This document shows positions 48,867 to 56,589 of a stretch of 64,000 nt of DNA, in pieces. Made by a program: the position numbers and the translations under genes. Positions within the stretch are counted from its first letter, which is position 1. Each line of letters opens with the position of its first letter. Below the pieces are notes generated by a model. It searched no databases. It was not told where the DNA came from and saw nothing but the letters and a program-made list of their open reading frames with translations. Source of the stretch: Syntrophales bacterium (GTDB lineage Bacteria; Desulfobacterota; Syntrophia; Syntrophales; UBA2210); the NCBI GenBank assembly GCA_023230565.1, contig JALNXD010000001.1:1075-65074 (forward strand), given 5' to 3'.

Positions 48867-51109
48867 CTAACCTTCTCCTTATACTCACGACGCCCTGGAC
48901 GAGAGTACATTATCATCCTTGCCCTCGTCCCGTTTCCGGGCGACGATTCTATATTAAATTGCCCTCCCAGATAGCTTAAACGCTCTTTAATACTGAACAA
49001 GCCGAAACCCTTCGTCCAGTCTGCCGGAGTTTTTATCTTCCGGACATCAAAGCCTGCGCCATCATCTTCAACGCCGACTTCCACACTTTTTCCGTTTTTT
49101 TTCATCCATACCAATACATGCGTCGCATTGGCATGTTTCGTAATATTAACAAGTAGTTCCTGTACGCATCTGAAAAGGACAAAGGCTCTATCCTTTGTAA
49201 GGATTTCCTTGCTTGTCCCTTTTTTATTGAAGACTATCTCGAGACCGTATTTCTCCTGATGTTGTTCTGTGAGCCATTCCAGAGCTGCTTCAAGCCCCAG
49301 GATATAAAGTACCGGGGGACTTAAATCAAATGTAAGCGATCGCGTATCTGAAATCAGCTGGTCTAAGATATGAACAATTTCTTCCAGAGATTCCGAATAT
49401 TCTGTTGAAGCCGCGTCTTTCTGAAGGGCTTCCAGTTTCATCTTGGCTACGGCCATAGTCTGGCCGATCCGGTCGTGCAACTCAGTCGCAAGCTGCTGGC
49501 GCTCCCGTTCCTCGGTGCGTGTTAATTCGGAAGATAAGTACCGCAGCTTTTCGTAATTTTCAGAAAGTTTCTGTTCCGCCTCCTTCGTCTCTGTAACATC
49601 CTGCCCGATGAGAAGCAGTCCGACTAAGTCGCCGTTGCTGTCGCGAAGTGTCTTGTTTGACCAGCTTACCAGGCGTTTCGAACCGTTGCGGGCTATAATG
49701 GTATTCACCTGTTTTGCCTGCTTGTCTCTCAGAGCGTCTCCGAAACTTTTGATGGTTGCAGACCATTCTTCTCTGGGAATGAAATTTTTCAACCAATCTT
49801 TTCCTCTCATCTCCTCAAGCGCATATCCGACAAGCTCTTCCGTGTAAGGATTATACCGCACGATCAGTCCCTGAGTGTCCAGAACAAGAACAACAGCCTG
49901 AGCCGTCTCGATTAAACTCTCGGCAAAATCCCGCTCACGGACCAGCGCACGTTCCGCCTGGCGCCGTTCTGTTATATCTTCATATACCGCAACCGCTTTC
50001 CTGCTTCTCGTGTTTGTACCGAGTTTCGATGCCGTAAAGGAACATAAAATTTCTCTGCCGTCACGACATTGGCAGTGCATCTCGTCAATGCAGATTTTTC
50101 TTTTTCTACGCTGATCGTAAAGAGCCTTGCCGGTTTGCTCATACTCGGAGTCACTTCCATATAATATACGGCTGTTTTTTCCTATCAATTCCTCAGGTTT
50201 CCAGCCGAAAACCTGTTGTGCGGCATTATTGGCAAAAATGATCCTCCTGTTTTCCAACCCTATAACTGCATGGGGAATAGTCTCGAGGATAGATGATTCC
50301 AGTGCTTCGATCTCTTCCAGCTTTTCCCTGGCTTCCCGAAGTTCAGTCACATCCATTGAATTGCCGAGAATTGCGGGTCTTCCCTCATAATAAATAGGTG
50401 ACACGACTCCCATCATCCGGCGTATCCGCCCATCTTTAGTGATGATTCTGTACTCATACGGCGAAGTGACTTCGCCTCTGAGCATTTTCCCCGCATGCTC
50501 TCGAACTTTCTTTCGATCCCGTGGGTGGACCATCACCATTCCGTTTTGTCCTATGACCTCACTTCTCCTGTATCCTGCATATGCTTCCACCATTGAGTTT
50601 ACAAAGCGGATTTTTCCATCTTGAACAATATAGACGCCTGCCTGCATCTTATCTGTCAGAATGCGGTAGAGTTCTTCCGCCCTTTTTCTTTCGGTGATGT
50701 CCCTGAATGACGTTATACGGATCGTTTTACCTTCGAAGGCTACATTTTTACCTTGAACTTCCATAGGAAATGTAGATCCATCTTTTCTTAACGCAAGCAC
50801 TTCATATGGCTTTTCAAATCCTTCCTTTACTTGTGAACGTACAATGCTTCGATATTCCGGAGCAATAAGGTTAATCACATTCATGCTCTTGAGTTCATCG
50901 GGTGAATATCCTGTTATATCTGACAGCACATTATTGGCATCCAGAAGGCACCCTTCGGCATGAATGCAGATCCCTTCGAAAGAAGGAAAATGAAATCGAT
51001 TGAATACATTCTTTCGGCCCAGCATTTTCGTGAGTGCGCCATCAATTCCCCCATCTGACTTTGTATCGGTTTGAACCTCTAAATCAGCTTTCGCTGCCTT
51101 ACGGGTCAT
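48863..51109 (-). CDS. Cytoplasmic multi-PAS sensor histidine kinase (HisKA_3 / NarX-type transmitter)
   Basis: Several PAS/PAC repeats (each ending ...DITERKRAEE / DVTELREAREKLE / DITERRQAERAL / DVTETKEAEQKL). H-box ELHDRIGQ and HATPase_c (EDDGAGF...GFGLFSIKERL...GNGT). I see no hydrophobic TM segment. Confidence 0.9.
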   Translation of the reverse strand: MTRKAAKADLEVQTDTKSDGGIDGALTKMLGRKNVFNRFHFPSFEGICIHAEGCLLDANNVLSDITGYSPDELKSMNVINLIAPEYRSIVRSQVKEGFEKPYEVLALRKDGSTFPMEVQGKNVAFEGKTIRITSFRDITERKRAEELYRILTDKMQAGVYIVQDGKIRFVNSMVEAYAGYRRSEVIGQNGMVMVHPRDRKKVREHAGKMLRGEVTSPYEYRIITKDGRIRRMMGVVSPIYYEGRPAILGNSMDVTELREAREKLEEIEALESSILETIPHAVIGLENRRIIFANNAAQQVFGWKPEELIGKNSRILYGSDSEYEQTGKALYDQRRKRKICIDEMHCQCRDGREILCSFTASKLGTNTRSRKAVAVYEDITERRQAERALVRERDFAESLIETAQAVVLVLDTQGLIVRYNPYTEELVGYALEEMRGKDWLKNFIPREEWSATIKSFGDALRDKQAKQVNTIIARNGSKRLVSWSNKTLRDSNGDLVGLLLIGQDVTETKEAEQKLSENYEKLRYLSSELTRTEERERQQLATELHDRIGQTMAVAKMKLEALQKDAASTEYSESLEEIVHILDQLISDTRSLTFDLSPPVLYILGLEAALEWLTEQHQEKYGLEIVFNKKGTSKEILTKDRAFVLFRCVQELLVNITKHANATHVLVWMKKNGKSVEVGVEDDGAGFDVRKIKTPADWTKGFGLFSIKERLSYLGGQFNIESSPGNGTRARMIMYSRPGRREYKEKVR

Positions 51110-51260
51110 TCAAAACTCCTGATTTCTACTGGCACAAGGCATCATACTCCCTGTGTTTTACGTTCTCCATCTTGAGCAGTCAAGAACCAGCAATCGGCGA
51201 AAATGTACGGTTATTTCCAGTATCCATTTACGCGGGAAACGCATGTTGGCTTAACAAAGG

Positions 51261-52469
51261 TTAAACTCCTGGAAGCCCTACAATTCCGACGAAAATAGCA
51301 CACCCGTCGGGGCTTCCTCCCAAATTGTGCGTAAGCCCGAGTTTGGGGTTGGCAAGCTGTCTTGAAGGAAAGCCCGGGTTGAGCAGTTCATCCGCCCTCC
51401 CCTGAAGCTGCAAATACATTTCATACAACATGCGCAATCCGCTTGCCCCTATTGGATGCCCGAAACACTTTAACCCTCCGTCAAGTTGTACCGGCAATCC
51501 TCCGTCAAGATCAAAAAAGCCATTTTCGATATCGTCTCTGACCTTTCCACGGGGACTGAATCTGAGGTCTTCCATCGTAACGGCTTCAGTGATGGAAAAA
51601 CAATCATGAACTTCTGCCATGCTGATTTCCTCACGCGGGTTTTTAATACCCGCTTCCTTATATGCAGCTTCCGCAGCTCTTACTGTCGCTTCAACGTGCA
51701 GGAAATCATAGTTGGTATTGAAATTGCCATCTCGGGGCGCCATTGAAATTTGCAGCGCCTTTACATACACAGGGTCTTTCCTCATGCTCTGAGCTATTTC
51801 AGGTGTAGTAATAATCGCCGCTGCCGCTCCATCGCTTACTCCGCAACAATCAAATAAACCGAGCGGCCAGGCAACCATAGGAGCATTGAGAATCGTATCC
51901 ATACTGACATCTTTCTGGAAATGAGCGTTTTTGTTACGCATACCATTTTGATGGCTTTTCCATGACACTCGCCCTATCATGTGTTTGCCTTCTTCGAAAC
52001 TAAGCCCGTATTTTGAAAAATATGTAGTTGCAAGCATGGCGAACTGCCTCGGAGGCGTGCTTTCTGCCTCCATGGCATGCGAAGGTCCAGGTGCACCACC
52101 ATCACCCAAACCGCTGATTCCGCTATCTTTGAATTTGTCGACCCCGACGGCAAGTACCATATCGTAAATGCCGGCAGCCACGGCATAACAAGCATTCCTG
52201 AATGCATCAGAGGCAGTTGCGCAGGCATTCTCAACCCTTGTAACTGGAATGTATTGAAGCCTCAGAGGCTCGGAGAGAACCATTCCTGTCATGCCGGTTG
52301 CTGTTCCCAGCCAGGCCGCCTGAATATCTTTGGTTTCGATTCCGGCATCTTCGTAAGCCTGATAGACCGCCTCTACTATCATGTCGGCGGCACTGACATC
52401 CCAGCGTTCACCGAATCTTGTGCAACCCATTCCCACAATGGCTACCCTGTCCTTAATACTTCCTGGCAT
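51261..52469 (-). CDS. Thiolase, SCP-x/archaeal type (thiolase-domain protein)
   Basis: VAIVGMGCTRFGE, active-site Cys in VENACATASDA, and C-terminal GHPIGASG and NLGGS motifs. 402 aa. Confidence 0.85.
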   Translation of the reverse strand: MPGSIKDRVAIVGMGCTRFGERWDVSAADMIVEAVYQAYEDAGIETKDIQAAWLGTATGMTGMVLSEPLRLQYIPVTRVENACATASDAFRNACYAVAAGIYDMVLAVGVDKFKDSGISGLGDGGAPGPSHAMEAESTPPRQFAMLATTYFSKYGLSFEEGKHMIGRVSWKSHQNGMRNKNAHFQKDVSMDTILNAPMVAWPLGLFDCCGVSDGAAAAIITTPEIAQSMRKDPVYVKALQISMAPRDGNFNTNYDFLHVEATVRAAEAAYKEAGIKNPREEISMAEVHDCFSITEAVTMEDLRFSPRGKVRDDIENGFFDLDGGLPVQLDGGLKCFGHPIGASGLRMLYEMYLQLQGRADELLNPGFPSRQLANPKLGLTHNLGGSPDGCAIFVGIVGLPGV

Positions 52470-52488
52470 ATTCGGACCTCCTTTGCTG

Positions 52489-53925
52489 TTAATCTCTCAC
52501 CGGCTTACACTTCCAGAAATAGGTATGTGTGCCTTGAGTATATTGCAATTTTCTGAAAGTCATTTCCACTTTCATCCCAACACTGCATTCATCTGGCTCA
52601 CGGTCTACCATATTAAACTGGCCGCGGCCTCCCCCTTCAAAATCAATGACTGCCGCTGTTGTAGGCGGATCGGTGCCGGCCGCAAGAAAATCATGACTGA
52701 AGCTGGCTACCTGCCCCCTTCTGTTTGCAAAGCGGTATGGTTCAAATTCATCTTTTCGGCCACAATTAAGACAAATTCGCGCTCGAGTAGAGGAGGAACT
52801 GAGGTAAAGCTGAGGAGTGCCGCAATTTTTGCACTTCACCCCGTAAAGCGGCAGTGCCGTAGAATGCTCTCTCCATTGTGCCGACATTGAAGCGGCTCCC
52901 GCCGGGGGGCGTGGCGGAGGTGCTATGTCCACCATATCGCGCCATCTCAGATATCTTCCATAATTATCTAATGTTTTTTTGATCTTGAGGTGTCTTTTTA
53001 TTCCTCTTCTACCTCTGATGTTATCGATTTCTTCATTTACCCTGAATATTATGGCATCACTCCCATTGCCCCAACTTACCAGTAAAATCCGATCACCCGG
53101 CTTTGCATCCTCAAGCGCGCCTATCAGAATCATCAAAGGCTGTGCCGTACCGGTATTCCCCACATCTGCGAGCAATGGATCCTGTATTTGCTCCTTGCTG
53201 AATCCCATTTTTGCGGCCAGCGCCGCATGGCTCCTCAAATTTGCTCCGCAAAGACATAACCTGGAAATGTCTTCTTTTTTGAGTCCGCATTTCTTCATCG
53301 CCCCGGCAGCAGCCTCGACAGGTAATCTCATATAACCCTCTTCTCTGCCGAATCGATCTTCCCAATGCCGCACATAAGTATCCTCGTGCGATCTCCAGTA
53401 GTCCGCCAGGTCTTCAGACAAGCAGTGATATGCTTCTATTTCAACAGCAACATTATTACTGCCAAAGAGCAACGCACCACTTCCATCTCCAAAGTCCTGC
53501 TCATCCTCACCAGCCGCTCCTGCAAGCCGCATGTCGGCAGCAGTAACAAGAACCGATTTGAGTGTACCTGCCTCTACAGAATCAAGAGCAGCCATAATAG
53601 CATTTGTTCCGGCTCTCAAACAGTTTGCAAAGTCTGTATTCCTGGCCGCTTGGGGAAGATCGAGCGCTGTTGCCACAATCGTTGAATTTTGCCGCTCTTT
53701 GTAGGGCGCACAGGTTGTTGCAAGGAAAAGCGCTTCGACTGTTCTAGGATCCACGTCTCTCAAACAGTCTAATCCTGCGGCAACAGACATCGTGATAGGG
53801 TCTTCATCAAAACCGGCCACTGCCTTCTCCCCGCGTCCCCCTTTCGCATCCCACATTTTTCCGATTGCAGCCCGGGGCAGTCTGTAGTATGGGATATACG
53901 CTCCGTATGATATTATTCCTGCCAT
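52489..53925 (-). CDS. HMG-CoA-synthase-like condensing enzyme fused to a C-terminal DUF35 (zinc-ribbon + OB-fold) domain
   Basis: N-terminal ~340 aa are HMGCS-like (IISYGAYIPYYRL, Cys in DFANCLRAGTNA, VGNTGTAQ). The C-terminal ~125 aa hold the zinc ribbon CKNCG...CLNCG and an OB-fold segment (VASFSHD...VIDFEGGGRGQFNMVD...VGMKVEMTF). Confidence 0.8.
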   Translation of the reverse strand: MAGIISYGAYIPYYRLPRAAIGKMWDAKGGRGEKAVAGFDEDPITMSVAAGLDCLRDVDPRTVEALFLATTCAPYKERQNSTIVATALDLPQAARNTDFANCLRAGTNAIMAALDSVEAGTLKSVLVTAADMRLAGAAGEDEQDFGDGSGALLFGSNNVAVEIEAYHCLSEDLADYWRSHEDTYVRHWEDRFGREEGYMRLPVEAAAGAMKKCGLKKEDISRLCLCGANLRSHAALAAKMGFSKEQIQDPLLADVGNTGTAQPLMILIGALEDAKPGDRILLVSWGNGSDAIIFRVNEEIDNIRGRRGIKRHLKIKKTLDNYGRYLRWRDMVDIAPPPRPPAGAASMSAQWREHSTALPLYGVKCKNCGTPQLYLSSSSTRARICLNCGRKDEFEPYRFANRRGQVASFSHDFLAAGTDPPTTAAVIDFEGGGRGQFNMVDREPDECSVGMKVEMTFRKLQYTQGTHTYFWKCKPVRD

Positions 53926-54068
53926 TTTTCCTCCTTTTCCATTAAGAAAATTGTTGGTATACCAGATTGAACATACATCTTCGGACTATTTTTACTTTGC
54001 ATTGCTTCATCCGCCAACGACCGGCCGACTGCATATTCGAGGGAATTATTTCTTTCAAACAGGCGAAA

Positions 54069-54097
54069 TATATAACAAGAACATTATAAAGTGTCAA
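54069..54097 (-). promoter_or_regulatory. Putative sigma70 promoter for the HMGCS-DUF35/thiolase operon
   Basis: Minus-strand TTGACA (54092-54097), a 17-nt spacer, then TATATA (54069-54074), about 140 nt upstream of the ATG at 53925. Confidence 0.45.
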
Positions 54098-54518
54098 CAT
54101 TCTTTGGTTGTTGTGTTGCTGAGTGCCATGACCTGCCGGGCGCATATGTCTGAGCTGCCGCGCGCGAGTGTGCCGGGAACGCTTCACGAGATGCTGCATG
54201 GTCGGAAAACAGATCTGAACGGGCAATCTCATGCCCGTAATTGGAAAGTCAATACGCTCTCGCATCACTTACTTAGAAGCTCCAGAGGCAAGGCGCGCGA
54301 ATCACGGAGAATGAGGCATATGTCGAGGTACTCCGCAGTTACGAAGGATTATGCATAATGCAGCATCGGACTTTTACAAAAGCTTTAACGTTAATGGGCA
54401 AAGGTATTGCCTTTCAATCCCTGGCGTATTTGTGCTTTCTTAATGAGAGTCTCTTTTTAAATTGATCTTATTATGATATAGAATATTCCATCACCAATTT
54501 GAGAGGAGGTGAATCAGC

Positions 54519-55304
54519 ATGAACTCACAAGATATAGAAGCGAAAATTGATGCCGCAGCAGCTGCAATTGTTGCTTCAAAACGTATTGTAGTCTTTACGG
54601 GAGCCGGGGTCAGCACGGAATCCGGAATACCTGATTTCAGAAGTCCCGGGGGAATTTGGACAAAATTCGATCCTGAAGATTTTACGATCGAGAAATTTCT
54701 TACCAGCAGAGATTCAAGAAAAAAACAATGGGAAGTTCTCCTCGAAGGGGGTCTTTTTGGAGCCGTGGCGCCGAATCCTGCCCATTATGCCATTGCACAG
54801 CTCGAAAAACTTGGAAAACTTGACTGTATAATAACGCAGAATATAGATAACCTTCATCAGAAAGCGGGAAATTCGCCCGATATTGTATTTGAACTTCATG
54901 GTAACATGCAGTGGGTCATCTGTATGCATTGCGGCAAAAGATATTCAACAGAAACAATCATTGAAAAGTTGCAATCAGGAATCGAGATTCCTGATTGCGA
55001 TCACTGCCTGGGCATATTAAAACCTGATGTAGTTTTCTTCGGTGAATCGCTCCCCTTTTTAATATTGAATACCGCAATTGAGCGTTCAAAAAAAGCGGAT
55101 CTTTTCATATCCATCGGTTCTTCCCTTGTGGTGACTCCGGCAGCTTACATGCCTTCATACGCACTTGAATCGGGAGCAAAATTAATAATCGTCAATATTG
55201 GCGAGACCTCTCTCGATAACAGAGCGCATATTCTCATCAATGGAAAAGCGGGAGACGTAATGACAAGAATATTGGAAAAGGTAAGTACATATCTGTGTGT
55301 CTGA
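54519..55304 (+). CDS. cobB: NAD-dependent protein deacylase, Sir2/CobB family
   Basis: GAGVSTESGIPDFRSPGGIW, QNIDNLH, catalytic His in FELHGN, and the Zn ribbon CMHCG...CDHC. RBS GAGAGGAGG upstream. Confidence 0.9.
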   Translation: MNSQDIEAKIDAAAAAIVASKRIVVFTGAGVSTESGIPDFRSPGGIWTKFDPEDFTIEKFLTSRDSRKKQWEVLLEGGLFGAVAPNPAHYAIAQLEKLGKLDCIITQNIDNLHQKAGNSPDIVFELHGNMQWVICMHCGKRYSTETIIEKLQSGIEIPDCDHCLGILKPDVVFFGESLPFLILNTAIERSKKADLFISIGSSLVVTPAAYMPSYALESGAKLIIVNIGETSLDNRAHILINGKAGDVMTRILEKVSTYLCV

Positions 55305-56086
55305 TTGTAATTGCATATAAAGTCAATGCGAATTATCCGCTCGTCATTGCCGCGAACCGGGACGAATTCTACAATCGTCCATCTGAAGCGGCATCATTCT
55401 GGCCGGATGCCCCTAATGTGCTTGCCGGACGTGATCTGAAAGGGGGCGGCACGTGGCTTGGGCTGACATCCGAAGGTCGCGTAGCGGCCATTACAAATTT
55501 CAGGAACCCGACCCTCGCCAAATCAGGAGCCCCGTCAAGAGGGCTTCTTGTAAGTAATTATCTCCGCGGCTCATCAAAAGCTGAAGAATATTTGAAAGAA
55601 ATCCAGCATGAAGCTGCTGCCTACAATGGTTTCAATCTAATCGCCGGCGATCTCTCCCGGCTTTTTTGCTTTTCAAATATAAATAATTCTATTGTACGCA
55701 TCACCCCGGGGATTCACGGATTGAGCAACCACCTTCTCGATACGCCCTGGCCGAAAGTGACACGCGCAAAAAAGCTTTTAATGGATGCTGTCACCGGCAT
55801 CGAAAAGCCATCGCCTCAGCTGATACTGGAAATCCTCTCCGATACGCTGCATCCTCCCGATGAAGAGCTTCCGGATTCAGGGATAGGTCTCGACTGGGAA
55901 AGAATGCTCTCACCTCTTTTCATATCAAGTTCCTGCTATGGAACGTGTTCGTCGACAGTAATTCTTGTCGACATGAATATGAAAGCGACATTTATGGAAA
56001 GGGTTTCGGAAACCGGATATACAAAACCCGGTACAAAGACTTTTTCTTTCGACCTCTCCGCTGATCGCATTTCGAAGGATCTTTAA
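55295..56086 (+). CDS. NRDE-family protein (DUF833; TANGO2 homologue)
   Basis: N-terminal MC (GTG start at 55295, MCLIVIAYK) and the eponymous AANRDEF motif. Overlaps the sirtuin gene by 10 nt. Confidence 0.8.
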   Translation: MCLIVIAYKVNANYPLVIAANRDEFYNRPSEAASFWPDAPNVLAGRDLKGGGTWLGLTSEGRVAAITNFRNPTLAKSGAPSRGLLVSNYLRGSSKAEEYLKEIQHEAAAYNGFNLIAGDLSRLFCFSNINNSIVRITPGIHGLSNHLLDTPWPKVTRAKKLLMDAVTGIEKPSPQLILEILSDTLHPPDEELPDSGIGLDWERMLSPLFISSSCYGTCSSTVILVDMNMKATFMERVSETGYTKPGTKTFSFDLSADRISKDL

Positions 56087-56087
56087 A

Positions 56088-56515
56088 ATGACGCCAGAAA
56101 GCAGGTATCCCACACAGCCGCAGGTAGGTGTGGGGGCAGTGGTTATCAAAGACGGCTCAATACTGCTTGTAAAAAGGGGCCGGTCTCCGGGCATAAATCT
56201 CTGGGCGATCCCGGGCGGACGGATTAATCTCGGAGAAACGCTTAAAAAAGCTGTAGAACGGGAAGTAGAGGAAGAAACAGGAGTGCTCATACGTGCAGGC
56301 GACCCGATCTATACATTTGATTTTATTGAGCGAGACAAAAAAACCGCATAGTGTTCCACTATGTAATAGTCGACTTCTACGGTCAGTACCTCAGTGGAGA
56401 TCCATGCGGGAATGATGATGCTCTTGAGGCAAAATGGATCAAGAAAGAACAGTTGAATAGCCTTGAAATCTCCCGTAATATGCTACACCTGCTTAAAATT
56501 ATTAATTTTTGTTAA
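56088..56515 (+). pseudogene. Nudix hydrolase interrupted by a frameshift in an A7 run (pseudogene, sequencing error or recoding site)
   Basis: The frame-3 ORF (56088-56351) has a complete Nudix box GGRINLGETLKKAVEREVEEETGV but stops at a TAG at 56349. The C-terminal half (VFHYVIVDFYGQYLSGDPCGNDDALEAKWIKKEQL...) continues in the -1 frame to the TAA at 56513-56515. One extra A in the run at 56337-56343 would give the contiguous sequence ...ERDKKNRIVFHYVIVDF... Confidence 0.7.
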
Positions 56516-56589
56516 ACCCCTGTACCATTATCCGCATATCTGCACACAAGGGGAGAGTCTACCCATACCCATCCCGCTCTCTCACGCGT

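Noticed and set aside
54118-54135. TGGCAC on the minus strand (complement of 54122-54127) as a sigma54 -24 element for the HMGCS operon
   Set aside because: The required GC of the -12 element is not present at the canonical spacing; the sequence reads TGGCACTCAGCAACAC. No bacterial enhancer-binding protein gene is nearby, and the adjacent regulator is NarL-type.
53942-54358. Two overlapping ORFs (108 aa minus, 135 aa plus) in the sirtuin/HMGCS intergenic region
   Set aside because: There is no RBS, the two are mutually antisense, and the sequences are unrecognisable. The predicted operon promoter (54069-54097) lies inside them. The DNA itself is kept as a regulatory/ncRNA candidate in the findings.
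54519-55304. Sir2-domain protein considered as an anti-phage (Thoeris/DSR/SIR2-HerA-like) NADase
   Set aside because: It has the compact CobB architecture with an intact Zn ribbon (CMHCG...CDHC) and the catalytic HG motif. It has no fused or adjacent SLOG, TIR, HerA, Argonaute or helicase partner. Its neighbours are metabolic genes (NRDE, Nudix, CoA ligases).
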